Source: an uncultured Clostridia bacterium
GTDB lineage: Bacteria; Bacillota; Clostridia; TANB77; CAG-508
Direction of reading: 5' to 3'
DNA length: 64,000 bases
Assembly: GCA_934120645.1 (NCBI GenBank)
Contig: CAKOUO010000001.1
Coordinates: 67,273 to 131,272 of the forward strand
Shown here piece after piece: positions 48,791 to 59,052 of the stretch (the first letter of the stretch is position 1; every line of letters starts with the position of its first letter). The notes beneath the pieces are model-generated. The model searched no databases and was not told the origin of the DNA. It saw nothing but the letters and a program-made list of their open reading frames with translations. The position numbers and the translations under genes are program-made.

Positions 48791-49258
48791 ATGGAAAATA
48801 AAAAAAGAAATATTATAATAGGAATAGTAATATTAATTATAATTGTTATTTTAATAGCAGTTTTTGGGAATAAAAAGAATAAAAATAAACAGAATGAAAA
48901 TGAACAAACAGATAATCAAGTTACAGAAGAATTTGTAAATGTATTAGATGATGGCACAAGATTGAATACAAGTAATAAGTTAAAAGAAACAAAAACAATT
49001 GATGGAATGGAAATTAGTAATTTTCAATTAACAGCAAAAGATAATGTTACAATATTATTAGGAACAATAACAAATAAAAGTGATGCAGTAAAAGGTGATT
49101 ATCCAGTAAATATAAAAATATTAGATAAACAAGGAAATGAAATAATAACAGTAGGTGGATATATAGGAGAATTACAACCAGGTGCTACAACACAATTAAA
49201 TTGTAGTGCAACATTTGATTATGCAAATGCATATGATTTTGAGATTACAAAAAAATAG
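48791..49258 (+). CDS. Hypothetical membrane-anchored beta-rich protein
   Basis: N-terminal TM and N/K/Q linker. SD GGAGG. Probably co-transcribed with 46038..48761. Confidence 0.6.
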   Translation: MENKKRNIIIGIVILIIIVILIAVFGNKKNKNKQNENEQTDNQVTEEFVNVLDDGTRLNTSNKLKETKTIDGMEISNFQLTAKDNVTILLGTITNKSDAVKGDYPVNIKILDKQGNEIITVGGYIGELQPGATTQLNCSATFDYANAYDFEITKK

Positions 49259-49414
49259 AAAAAATTAAAAGTCAATGAATATGAAAAAATAATTCATATT
49301 TGTTGACTTTTTTAATTTATATCTTCACCTACTTTAATAAAAACTGACCATTCGGAATAATAGAAAAAGACAAAAAAATATAATAAAATAACAACCATAT
49401 AGATGGAGGAAAAA

Positions 49415-49936
49415 ATGAAAATAAAAAAGTATGAAGAAATAAATTCTACCCATAAATACCTAAAAGAAAATTATAAAAAATATGAGAATAAAACAGTTAT
49501 TATAGCTGAAAGGCAAACAGCAGGTATTGGAACAAAAGGAAGCTCTTGGTATACTGGGACAAATAAAAATATAGCAATGAGCATATTATACAAACCATCA
49601 TGTAAAATAAGTCAACTAGAAGGACTTACAATAGAAATAGCAAAAATACTGCAAAAAGATATAGAAGAACTTTATAGTATAAAATTAGAAATAAAAGAAC
49701 CAAATGATTTAATGTTAAATCATAAAAAAATATCAGGAATACTAACAGAAATAAATACACTGGGAGAAAAAATAAATTATTTAATTATAAGTATAGGATT
49801 TAATGTTAATGAAACAGACTTTACAAGTGAAATTGCAGAAATTGCAACTTCATTAAAAAAAGAATATGAAAGAGATTTTGATAAAGAAAAGATTATTAAA
49901 AAATTTATAGAAAGTTTAGAAAATATTGTTAATTAG
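49415..49936 (+). CDS. Minimal biotin-protein-ligase (BPL/LplA catalytic domain) protein
   Basis: INSTHKYL, AERQTAGIGTKGSSW (in place of GRGRxGRxW), KEPNDLML..KKISGILTE and SIGFNVNE. No HTH or C-terminal domain. Confidence 0.6.
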   Translation: MKIKKYEEINSTHKYLKENYKKYENKTVIIAERQTAGIGTKGSSWYTGTNKNIAMSILYKPSCKISQLEGLTIEIAKILQKDIEELYSIKLEIKEPNDLMLNHKKISGILTEINTLGEKINYLIISIGFNVNETDFTSEIAEIATSLKKEYERDFDKEKIIKKFIESLENIVN

Positions 49937-49944
49937 AGGTGAAA

Positions 49945-50877
49945 ATGAATTCTATAAAAATTATTGCAAATGGAAAATATCTACCTAAAAATAAAATTGA
50001 TAATAAATATTTAACCAAAGAATTAGGAATTGAAGAAGAATATATATACAAAAGAACAGGAATACAAACAAGATTTTATAGTGAAAAAGAAGAAATTGAA
50101 GATATTGCTATAAAAAGTGTTGAAAATTTAATACAAAACAATCCTAATATAAATATAAAAGAAACTCAAATGATAGTTGTAGCAACAACTTCAACAAATA
50201 TGCTAATGCCAGGAATATCTTATAAGGTACAAGAAAAATTAGGAATAGATAAATGTATATGTTTAGATATTTTAGCTGGTTGTGCAGGTTATATTAATGC
50301 ATTTGATTTAGCAAGAAATTATATTGCAATGAAAAAAGTTGATCAAGCATTAATAATTGGTGTTGATATATTATCAAAATATATAAATAAACAAGATATA
50401 GGAACAACAATAATATTAGGTGATGGTGCAGGAGCTACATTAATAAAAAAAACAGAAGAACCAAAGATGTATCAATCAATAATAGAAAGTAACGGCTTAA
50501 AGGGAGATATATTAACTAATAACAAAAATGAAAAAATAAAAATGAAGGGTAAAGAAGTTTACAAATATGCTGTAACTGAAACAATAAAAAATATAGAAGA
50601 ATTATTAAAAATAAGCAAAATAGATTTAGATAAGGTTAAGTATATAGTACCACATCAATCTAATTTAAAGATTATAAAATCAATAGCAAATAAATTAAAT
50701 ATTGATATAGATAAGATGTATATCAATATAAAAAATGTAGGAAATACATTTTGCGGAAGTATTCCAATTGCATTAACAGAAATGTTTGAAAAAGGATTAC
50801 TTCAAGAAGGTGACAAAATAATATTAATAGGATATGGTGGAGGACTAAATACAGGAAGCATATTAATAGAAATTTAG
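49945..50877 (+). CDS. fabH: 3-oxoacyl-ACP synthase III
   Basis: LDILAGCAGYINAF (Cys), VPHQSNLKI (His) and VGNTFCGSIP (Asn). An alternative GTG start lies at 49939. Confidence 0.9.
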   Translation: MNSIKIIANGKYLPKNKIDNKYLTKELGIEEEYIYKRTGIQTRFYSEKEEIEDIAIKSVENLIQNNPNINIKETQMIVVATTSTNMLMPGISYKVQEKLGIDKCICLDILAGCAGYINAFDLARNYIAMKKVDQALIIGVDILSKYINKQDIGTTIILGDGAGATLIKKTEEPKMYQSIIESNGLKGDILTNNKNEKIKMKGKEVYKYAVTETIKNIEELLKISKIDLDKVKYIVPHQSNLKIIKSIANKLNIDIDKMYINIKNVGNTFCGSIPIALTEMFEKGLLQEGDKIILIGYGGGLNTGSILIEI

Positions 50878-50897
50878 ATATATATGGAGGAAAAATT

Positions 50898-51839
50898 ATG
50901 AAACGAGCATTTTTATTTCCAGGTCAAGGTTCACAAGTTGTTGGAATGGGAAAGGATATTTACGATAAATATGATGAAGCAAAAAAAATATATAAATTAG
51001 CTTCAGAAATATCTGATATTGATATTGCAAAATTATGCTTTGAAGGACCAGAAGAAATACTTAATAAAACAGAAAATACACAAATTGCTATATTAGTAAC
51101 AAGTTTAGCAATATTAGAAGTTTTAAAAAAGTATGGTATAAAAGCAGATGTTGCAACAGGATTAAGTTTAGGAGAATATACAGCATTAATATATTCTGGA
51201 ATTTTAAATTTTGAAGATGGCATAAAATTAGTAAAACAAAGAGGCTATTATATGGGGAATATGATACCAAAAGAAGAATATGCTATGGCAGCTGTTATTG
51301 GGTTAGAAAGTAAAACAATAGAAAAGATATGTGATGAAGTAAGCAAAGAAGGTAAATTTGTAATACCAGCAAATTATAATTGTAATGTGCAAACAGTAAT
51401 TTCAGGAAATAAAGAAGCGGTAGATGAAGCAATGGATAAATTAAAAATGGCTGGAGCCAGAAGAGTCATACCATTAAAAACAAGTGGACCTTTTCATACT
51501 GTAAAATTAAAAAAAGCAAAAGAAGAATATGAGAAAAGTTTGAAAGATATTAATTTTAAAGTTGGAAATGTAAATGTAATAAAAAATATAGATGGAACAT
51601 ATTACCAAAAAGATGACAATATTAAAGATATACTAGCAAAACATATTATAAGTCCTGTAAGATTTGATAAAACAATTAAATTATTAGAAAATGAAAAAAT
51701 AGATGAATATGTTGAAATAGGACCAGGCAAAACATTAACAGGATTTATAAAAAAAGAAAATAAAGAAGCAAAAGTATTTAATATTAATAATTTAGAAACA
51801 TTAGAAAATTATTTAATGTTACAAAAGGAGGAAAAATAA
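50898..51839 (+). CDS. fabD: Malonyl-CoA:ACP transacylase
   Basis: FLFPGQGSQ, GLSLGEYTAL and SGPFHT. Confidence 0.93.
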   Translation: MKRAFLFPGQGSQVVGMGKDIYDKYDEAKKIYKLASEISDIDIAKLCFEGPEEILNKTENTQIAILVTSLAILEVLKKYGIKADVATGLSLGEYTALIYSGILNFEDGIKLVKQRGYYMGNMIPKEEYAMAAVIGLESKTIEKICDEVSKEGKFVIPANYNCNVQTVISGNKEAVDEAMDKLKMAGARRVIPLKTSGPFHTVKLKKAKEEYEKSLKDINFKVGNVNVIKNIDGTYYQKDDNIKDILAKHIISPVRFDKTIKLLENEKIDEYVEIGPGKTLTGFIKKENKEAKVFNINNLETLENYLMLQKEEK

Positions 51840-52579
51840 TGGAAGAAAGAAAAATAGCTCTTATAACAGGTGGTTCAAGAGGAATAGGAAAAGAAATTGC
51901 ATTGAAATTTGCAGAAAAAGGTTACAACATTGTTACTAATTATGTATCTGAAAAAACAGATGTAGAAGCGTTAAAATCTGAATTTGATAAAAAAAATGTG
52001 GAAAGCTTAATAGTAAAAGCAGATGTAAGTAATTCAAATGAAGTAGAAAATTTAGTTAAAGAAGCAATAGAAAAATTTGGACAAATAGATGTATTGGTAA
52101 ATAATGCTGGAATTACAAAAGATAATTTATTAATAAGAATGAGTGAAGAAGAATTTGATAAAGTTATAAATATTAATTTAAAAGGAACTTTTATTGTTAC
52201 AAAAGCAGTTACGAAATATATGATGAAAAAAAGACAAGGAAAAATAATTAACTTAGCATCTGTAGTTGGTATATCAGGAAATGCAGGACAATGTAATTAT
52301 GCTGCTTCAAAAGCTGGAATTATAGGTTTTACAAAAAGTATTGCAAAAGAATTAGCTAGTAGAAATATTTTAGCAAATTGCGTTGCACCTGGATTTATAG
52401 ATACAGATATGACATCAGTTTTAAGTGAAGATGTTAAAACAAATATATATAATCAAATACCACTAAAAAGAATGGGAAGTAGCAAAGAAGTAGCTAATAC
52501 AGTTTATTTTTTAGGTGGAGAAGAAAATACATATATAACGGGTCAAGTTATTAATGTAGATGGCGGAATGATAATGTAG
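51839..52579 (+). CDS. fabG: 3-oxoacyl-ACP reductase
   Basis: TGGSRGIGK, NNAGIT and YAASKAG (SDR Y-x3-K). Confidence 0.93.
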   Translation: MEERKIALITGGSRGIGKEIALKFAEKGYNIVTNYVSEKTDVEALKSEFDKKNVESLIVKADVSNSNEVENLVKEAIEKFGQIDVLVNNAGITKDNLLIRMSEEEFDKVININLKGTFIVTKAVTKYMMKKRQGKIINLASVVGISGNAGQCNYAASKAGIIGFTKSIAKELASRNILANCVAPGFIDTDMTSVLSEDVKTNIYNQIPLKRMGSSKEVANTVYFLGGEENTYITGQVINVDGGMIM

Positions 52580-52601
52580 TTTATAATAAGGAGTGGTAAA
52601 A

Positions 52602-53840
52602 ATGGAAAGAAGAGTTGTAATTACAGGACTAGGAGCTATAACTCCAATAGGAAACAATGTAGAAGAATTTTGGAACGGAATAAAAAATGGAAAATGTGGA
52701 ATTGATGAAATTTCGTTATTTGATACAACAGACTTTAAAGTAAAATTAGCAGGAGAAGTAAAAAAATATAATCCTGAAGATTATTTTGATAGAAGAAATT
52801 GTAAAAGGTTAGATAGATTTACTCAATTTGCAGTTATTGCTGCAAAAGAAGCTATGGAAGATAGTAAAATGAATTCAGAAAATACAGATATGGAGCGTGT
52901 TGGTTGTATTATTAGTTCTGGAATAGGAGGACTTGGTACAATAGAAAATGAAAACAAAGTATTTTATGATAAGGGACCAAGCAGAATTAGTCCTATGTAT
53001 ATACCAATGTCAATTTGCAATATGGCAACTGGAAATGTTGCAATAGAATTAGGTTTAAAAGGTGAATCTTTTGCAGTTGTTACTGCATGTGCTGGTGGAA
53101 CACATTCAATTGGAGAAGCTTATAGATTAATTAAACATGGATATCAAGATGCAGTTTTAGCTGGAGGAACAGAAGCCTCAATTACTCCAACAGGAATAGC
53201 AGGTTTTAGTAATATGAAAGCATTATGCCAATCAACAGATAAAACAAGGGCAAGTATTCCATTTGACAAAGAAAGAAGCGGATTTGTAATGGGAGAAGGT
53301 GCAGGAATTTTAGTACTAGAAGAGTTAGAACATGCAAAAAAAAGAAATGCTAAAATTTATGCAGAATTAGTTGGTTATGGAGCATCTTCAGACGCATATC
53401 ATATTACATCACCAGCACCAAATGGAGAAGGTGGAGCTAGAGCTATGAAAAATGCAATAATTGATGCAAAAATAAAACCAGAAGAAATTACATATATAAA
53501 TGCACATGGTACATCTACACATTTAAATGATTCTTGCGAAACTTCAGCTGTTAAAATAGCTTTAGGTAATGCAAGCCAAAAAGTTATGATAAGTTCAACA
53601 AAAGGAAATACAGGGCATTTATTAGGAGCTGCCGGAGGAGTAGAAGCAGTTGTTTGTGTTAAAGCAATAGAAGATAGTTTTATACCTCCTACTATAAATT
53701 ATAAGGTGCCTGATGAAGAATGTGATTTAGATATTGTTCCAAACCAAGGAAGAAATATAAAAATAGAATATGCAATGTCAAATTCTTTAGGATTTGGTGG
53801 ACACAACAGTTCTATTATATTAAAAAAATATGAAGAATAA
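52602..53840 (+). CDS. fabF: 3-oxoacyl-ACP synthase II
   Basis: RRVVITGLG, TACAGG (active Cys), NAHGTST and GHLLGAAG. The ATG at 52602 is 8 nt after AAGGAG. Confidence 0.94.
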   Translation: MERRVVITGLGAITPIGNNVEEFWNGIKNGKCGIDEISLFDTTDFKVKLAGEVKKYNPEDYFDRRNCKRLDRFTQFAVIAAKEAMEDSKMNSENTDMERVGCIISSGIGGLGTIENENKVFYDKGPSRISPMYIPMSICNMATGNVAIELGLKGESFAVVTACAGGTHSIGEAYRLIKHGYQDAVLAGGTEASITPTGIAGFSNMKALCQSTDKTRASIPFDKERSGFVMGEGAGILVLEELEHAKKRNAKIYAELVGYGASSDAYHITSPAPNGEGGARAMKNAIIDAKIKPEEITYINAHGTSTHLNDSCETSAVKIALGNASQKVMISSTKGNTGHLLGAAGGVEAVVCVKAIEDSFIPPTINYKVPDEECDLDIVPNQGRNIKIEYAMSNSLGFGGHNSSIILKKYEE

Positions 53841-53871
53841 AGAATATTTATGAGAGGAGTTGTAAAGTTAT

Positions 53872-54318
53872 ATGAATTACGATGAAATAAAAAAATTAAT
53901 GGATGATATGGGAAATGCAAATATAGATGAATTGAAAATAGAATTTCCAGAAGGTATGAAAATAAGTATGAAAAAAAATGCTGAAAAAGAAGTTATAGAA
54001 GTTAAACAAAAAAGTATAGAAAATAATATAGAAAGTACAGAAAAAAGAATTGAAAAACAAGAAGAAAATAAATGCAAAGAAGATTACAAAATTATAAAAT
54101 CACCAATGGTTGGAACTTTTTATGCAAGCCCATCACCAGATAAAGCTCCATTTGTTAAAGTAGGAGATAATATTAAAAAAGGTCAAATAGTTTGCATTGT
54201 AGAAGCTATGAAACTAATGAATGAAATTGAATCAGAATTTGATGGGGAAGTTATAGAAGTTTGTATAAAAGACGGAGATGTAGTTGATTATGGCAAACCA
54301 TTATTTAAAATAAAATAA
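53872..54318 (+). CDS. accB: Biotin carboxyl carrier protein
   Basis: SPMVGTFY and the biotinylation motif EAMKLMNEIE. Confidence 0.92.
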   Translation: MNYDEIKKLMDDMGNANIDELKIEFPEGMKISMKKNAEKEVIEVKQKSIENNIESTEKRIEKQEENKCKEDYKIIKSPMVGTFYASPSPDKAPFVKVGDNIKKGQIVCIVEAMKLMNEIESEFDGEVIEVCIKDGDVVDYGKPLFKIK

Positions 54319-54328
54319 GGAGGACAAA

Positions 54329-54751
54329 ATGCTAAGTAAAGAAGAAATAAAAAAAATAATTCCACAAAGAGAACCATTTTTAATGATAGATGAAGTAGAA
54401 CAATATGTACCTGGTGAAAGTTGTACTGCTTATAAAAATATAAAAGAAGAGGAATATTATTTTAAAGGACATTTTCCAGGAAATCCAATAATGCCAGGCG
54501 TACTAATGGTAGAAGCATTAGCACAAACAGGTGCAGTTGCAATTTTATCAATGGAAGAAAACAAAGGAAAAAATGCTTTGTTTGGTGGAATTAATAATTT
54601 GAAATTTAAAAAGCAAGTTATACCAGGTGATAGATTAAAACTAGAAGTGAAAATTATAAAAAGAAAAGGACCTGTTGGCATAGGAGAAGCAATAGCAACC
54701 GTTGATGGAAAAGTTGCAGTAAAAGGAGAATTAACTTTTGCAATAGTTTAA
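54329..54751 (+). CDS. fabZ: 3-hydroxyacyl-ACP dehydratase
   Basis: IPQREPFLMIDE, HFPGNPIMPGVLMVEALAQ. Confidence 0.94.
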   Translation: MLSKEEIKKIIPQREPFLMIDEVEQYVPGESCTAYKNIKEEEYYFKGHFPGNPIMPGVLMVEALAQTGAVAILSMEENKGKNALFGGINNLKFKKQVIPGDRLKLEVKIIKRKGPVGIGEAIATVDGKVAVKGELTFAIV

Positions 54752-54780
54752 GATAAAAATTGATGAAAGGAAAATGAAAA

Positions 54781-56124
54781 ATGCTAAGTAAAATATTAAT
54801 AGCAAATAGAGGGGAAATAGCAGTAAGAATTATTAGAGCATGTAAAGAAATGAATATAAAAACAGTTGCAGTTTATTCAGAAATAGATAAAGATGCACTA
54901 CATGTTAAATTAGCAGATGAAGCAGTATGTATAGGTCCTGCAAGTTCAAATAAAAGTTATTTAAATTTTAAAAATATAATAGAGGCCGCAAATATAACAG
55001 GTGCAGATAGTATACATCCAGGATTTGGATTTTTATCAGAAAATAGTCAATTTGCAAAGATATGTGAGGAATCAAATATAAAATTTATAGGACCTTCTTA
55101 TAAAGTAATTGAACTCATGGGAAATAAGTCTAATGCAAAAGACTTAATGAAAAAAGCAGGAGTTCCAGTTATACCTGGATCTGAGGGTAGCATAAAAGGA
55201 TTAAAAGATGCTATTCAAGTTGCTAATAAAATAGGATATCCAATTATATTAAAAGCTGCAGCTGGTGGTGGTGGAAAAGGAATTAGAGTTGTAAATACAC
55301 CAGAAGAATTAGAAAGCAATTATAATATAGTAAAACAAGAAGCAAAAATTTCATTTAATGATGATGAAATATATATAGAAAAATTTATAAAAAATCCAAG
55401 ACATGTAGAAATTCAAATTTTAGCTGATGAACATGGAAATGTTATACATTTAGGAGAAAGAGATTGCTCAATTCAAAGAAGAAATCAAAAAGTAATTGAA
55501 GAAACACCATCAACAGCAATAGATGAAAAATTAAGAAATAAAATGGGTGAAGCAGCTATAAAAGCAGCTAAAGCTTCTGGATATACAAGCTGTGGTACAG
55601 TTGAATTTTTAGTAGATAGTGATAAAAATTTTTACTTCATGGAAATGAATACAAGAATACAGGTTGAACATCCAATAACAGAAATGAGAACAGATGTAGA
55701 TATTGTAAAATATCAAATAAAAATTGCAGCGGGAGAAAGTTTAAAGTTAAAACAAAAAGATATTAATTTTAATGGATATAGCTTAGAATGTAGAATAAAT
55801 GCAGAAAATCCAAGTAAAAATTTTAGACCTTGTCCAGGAACAATTACAGGATTAAATTTACCTGGAGGAAATGGTGTAAGAATAGATACAGCTATTTATG
55901 TAGGGTATACAATTCCACCAACATATGATTCTATGATAGCAAAAATAATTACACATGGAACTACAAGAAATGAGGCTATAAGTAAAATGAAAAGAGCTTT
56001 AGAAGAAACAGTAATTGAAGGTGTTGATACAAATATAGATTTTTTATTTAAAATTATAAAAAATCCAAATTTTATAAGGGGAAACTTTGATACATCATTT
56101 ATTGAAAAAGAGATGAGGAATTAA
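54781..56124 (+). CDS. accC: Biotin carboxylase
   Basis: [29 protein letters not shown]. Confidence 0.96.
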   Translation: MLSKILIANRGEIAVRIIRACKEMNIKTVAVYSEIDKDALHVKLADEAVCIGPASSNKSYLNFKNIIEAANITGADSIHPGFGFLSENSQFAKICEESNIKFIGPSYKVIELMGNKSNAKDLMKKAGVPVIPGSEGSIKGLKDAIQVANKIGYPIILKAAAGGGGKGIRVVNTPEELESNYNIVKQEAKISFNDDEIYIEKFIKNPRHVEIQILADEHGNVIHLGERDCSIQRRNQKVIEETPSTAIDEKLRNKMGEAAIKAAKASGYTSCGTVEFLVDSDKNFYFMEMNTRIQVEHPITEMRTDVDIVKYQIKIAAGESLKLKQKDINFNGYSLECRINAENPSKNFRPCPGTITGLNLPGGNGVRIDTAIYVGYTIPPTYDSMIAKIITHGTTRNEAISKMKRALEETVIEGVDTNIDFLFKIIKNPNFIRGNFDTSFIEKEMRN

Positions 56125-56125
56125 T

Positions 56126-56977
56126 ATGATAGTAGATAAAATTAAAAGAAGAAAGCCTACTGCAAAAACAATAGAAAATAAAGTTGATATTCCAGTTGGT
56201 AGATGGATTAAGTGTGATAATTGTAAAGAAATTTTATACAAAGAAGATGTAAAAAATAATTATAGTATATGTCCTAATTGTGGCAAATATTTTAGATTAT
56301 CAGCTAGAAGAAGAATTAAACAAGTTGTTGATGAGGGAACTTTTGAGGAATTAGATAAAGATTTACAAACTACTGATATGTTAAAATTTGAAGGATATAA
56401 AGATAAAATTAAACAATTACAAGAAAAAACAAAGATATCAGAAGCGGTAAAAACAGGAATTGGAAAAATAAATGGAATAAAAGTAGCAATTGGTGCTATG
56501 GATAGTAATTTCTTTATGGGAAGTATGGGAAGTGCTGTTGGAGAAAAAATAACAAGACTAATTGAAAAAGCAATAGAAGAACAATTACCAGTAATATTAT
56601 TTTGTGTCTCAGGTGGAGCTAGAATGCAAGAAGGTATTATATCTTTAATGCAAATGGCAAAAACATCAGCTGCATTAGCAAAATTAAATGAAAAAGGTCT
56701 GCTATATATATCAGTATTAACTGACCCTACAACTGGAGGTGTTACAGCAAGTTTTGCAAGTCTAGGTGATATAATATTAGCAGAGCCAAAAACTTTAATA
56801 GGTTTTGCAGGTCCACGTGTTATTGAGCAAACTATTGGACAAAAATTACCAAAAGATTTTCAAACTTCAGAATTTCTTTTGGAACATGGCTTCATAGATA
56901 AAATTGTTGAAAGAAAAGATATGAAACAAACTTTATATAAAATTTTAAAATTACATAAAAAAACTGAAAGCAGATAG
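56126..56977 (+). CDS. accD: Acetyl-CoA carboxylase carboxyltransferase beta subunit
   Basis: Zinc ribbon CDNCKE...[15 protein letters not shown]. Confidence 0.94.
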   Translation: MIVDKIKRRKPTAKTIENKVDIPVGRWIKCDNCKEILYKEDVKNNYSICPNCGKYFRLSARRRIKQVVDEGTFEELDKDLQTTDMLKFEGYKDKIKQLQEKTKISEAVKTGIGKINGIKVAIGAMDSNFFMGSMGSAVGEKITRLIEKAIEEQLPVILFCVSGGARMQEGIISLMQMAKTSAALAKLNEKGLLYISVLTDPTTGGVTASFASLGDIILAEPKTLIGFAGPRVIEQTIGQKLPKDFQTSEFLLEHGFIDKIVERKDMKQTLYKILKLHKKTESR

Positions 56978-56988
56978 CTTTCAGTTTT
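56961..56988. terminator. Bidirectional terminator overlapping the accD stop
   Basis: aaactgaaagc-agata-gctttcagttt, an 11-bp stem flanked by A and T runs. Confidence 0.65.
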
Positions 56989-56996
56989 AACCAAAA

Positions 56997-57287
56997 TTAT
57001 TTAATTTTTAATACTATTCCATATGATTTAAATGGAAATTTACGAATTAAGTCTTTTTTGTAAGCCTCTATTTCGTAGCCAAAATTATGCAAAACTTCAT
57101 TAATAGACTTTCTTTTGTACCTGCCAATAAAAAGCAATGTTTCTTCTGGGAGGTCTTTAGGGTAAAGCCTACTATACCGATAAAGAAGTTCTTTAATGAA
57201 TTTGGATTTTTCGTATTCTCCCTTTTTCTCATATTCCTGTATTAATTTATGAGCTTTTAAAGGGTTAAACCGATTAGTTCTTTCCAT
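56997..57287 (-). CDS. Hypothetical basic protein on the opposite strand between accD and accA
   Basis: 96 aa with SD AGGAGG. Two in-frame CGG codons and G+C-richer composition. No family recognised. Confidence 0.6.
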   Translation of the reverse strand: MERTNRFNPLKAHKLIQEYEKKGEYEKSKFIKELLYRYSRLYPKDLPEETLLFIGRYKRKSINEVLHNFGYEIEAYKKDLIRKFPFKSYGIVLKIK

Positions 57288-57383
57288 AAGCTTATTCCTC
57301 CTAAATAATTATATGGTTTAATGTTATTTAACATAATTTGGATTATATCATAAATTTATATTATAGTCAAAGGAAGTGAAAAA

Positions 57384-58187
57384 ATGAAAATTAAAGAAAA
57401 AACTGCTTGGGAAAAGGTAACAATTGCGAGAAAAGCAGATAGGCCAAAAGCAAAAGATTTTATAGAAAATATTTTTGAGAATTTTATAGAATTACATGGT
57501 GATAGACATTTTGGTGATGATAAATCAATTATAGGCGGAATTGCAGAATTAAATAGCATACCAGTAACAGTTATAGGAGAACAAAAAGGTAAAAATGCAA
57601 AAGAAAATATAGAAAGAAACTTTGGAATGCCAAATCCAGAAGGATATAGAAAAGCATTAAGATTAATGAAACAAGCTGAAAAATTTAGAAGACCTATAAT
57701 AACATTTATAGATACTCCAGGAGCTTACCCAGGAATAGGAGCAGAAGAGAGGGGACAAGGAGAAGCAATTGCTAGAAATTTATTAGAAATGTCTAGACTA
57801 AAAGTTCCAACAATATCAATTGTTATAGGTGAAGGATCTAGTGGAGGAGCTTTAGCTTTAGGCGTAAGTGATAAAATTATAATGTTAGAAAATTCAGTAT
57901 ATTCAATATTATCTCCAGAAGGTTTTGCAAGTATTCTTTACAAAGACACTTCAAAACATGTTGAGGCTGCTGAAAATATGAAATTAACAGCAAAAGACTT
58001 AAAAGGCTTAAATGTTATAGATGAAATTATAAATGAACCAAAAACAGAAAAAGAAGAATTTGAAATGGTTTATAAAAAATTAAAAAGTAGTATAATAAAA
58101 TATATAAAAGAATTATCTACAATTAATCCAGAAGAATTAATTGAGAACAGATATCAAAAATATAGAAAAATAGGAGGAAATGATTAA
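57384..58187 (+). CDS. accA: Acetyl-CoA carboxylase carboxyltransferase alpha subunit (short form)
   Basis: [44 protein letters not shown]. Confidence 0.92.
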   Translation: MKIKEKTAWEKVTIARKADRPKAKDFIENIFENFIELHGDRHFGDDKSIIGGIAELNSIPVTVIGEQKGKNAKENIERNFGMPNPEGYRKALRLMKQAEKFRRPIITFIDTPGAYPGIGAEERGQGEAIARNLLEMSRLKVPTISIVIGEGSSGGALALGVSDKIIMLENSVYSILSPEGFASILYKDTSKHVEAAENMKLTAKDLKGLNVIDEIINEPKTEKEEFEMVYKKLKSSIIKYIKELSTINPEELIENRYQKYRKIGGND

Positions 58188-58957
58188 TGCTATTAAAAAA
58201 TAAAAAAATATTAATAATGGGATTAAGAAATAAATGGAGTATTGCATGGGGAGCAGTTAAATCAGCATATGAAAATGGTGCAGAAATAATAGTTACATAT
58301 AATTCAGAAGAAAGTGGAGAAAAAGTAAAAAAATTATTATCTGAAATTGGTGGTGCAAAATTATATTCTTGTGATGTTTCAAATGATGAGAGCATAGAAA
58401 AATGTTTTAAAAAGATATTAGAAGAAAATGGTCAAATTGATGGTATTTTACATGCAATTGCACATGCAAATACAGAAGACCTAAGAAATGATTTTATAAA
58501 AACTTCAAGAGAAGGATTTGCACATGCTTGTGATGTTAGCAGTTATTCATTAATAGCTGTATCAAATATAGCAACAGAAATCGGATTGTTAAAAGAAAAT
58601 GCAAGTATTATAACTCTAACATACTTAGGAGCTGAAAGAGCAGTAAAAGGTTATAATATAATGGGAGCAGCAAAAGCTGCATTAGAATCAAGTGTTAGAT
58701 ATTTAGCAGGTGATTTAGGAAAAGAAGGAATAAGAATAAATGCTATTTCAGCAGGACCAATAAAAACACTATCTGCAAAGGGAATAAAAGACTTTGGTAG
58801 TATTTTAGATATTGTTGAAGATAAAGCACCATTACATAGAAATGTAACAGCACAAGAAATAGGAGATGTAGCAAGCTTTTTATTTAGTGATATGTCTAAA
58901 GCAATAACAGGAGAAGTTATTCATGTAGATAATGGATTTTCAATTATTGGAGCATAA
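58187..58957 (+). CDS. fabI: Enoyl-ACP reductase (FabI type)
   Basis: ILIMGLRNKWSIAWG, Y-x6-K in YNIMGAAKAALE, NAISAGPIKT. Confidence 0.92.
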   Translation: MLLKNKKILIMGLRNKWSIAWGAVKSAYENGAEIIVTYNSEESGEKVKKLLSEIGGAKLYSCDVSNDESIEKCFKKILEENGQIDGILHAIAHANTEDLRNDFIKTSREGFAHACDVSSYSLIAVSNIATEIGLLKENASIITLTYLGAERAVKGYNIMGAAKAALESSVRYLAGDLGKEGIRINAISAGPIKTLSAKGIKDFGSILDIVEDKAPLHRNVTAQEIGDVASFLFSDMSKAITGEVIHVDNGFSIIGA

Positions 58958-59052
58958 ATAGAAAAAATAAAAATAAAAATAATATTGTATAAAAAAATAT
59001 AGTTTGTTATAATTTGAATAGTTATATAAATACAACAAAAAGGAGAAAATTT

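Noticed and set aside
57384-58187. Idea that the insertion between accD and accA truncated AccA (267 aa versus about 320 aa in E. coli and Bacillus).
   Set aside because: The ORF starts cleanly with an SD, just before the conserved W.KV.IAR..DRP block. From memory, short AccA forms of roughly this length also occur in other Clostridia, although I cannot verify that here. Truncation is therefore not supported.
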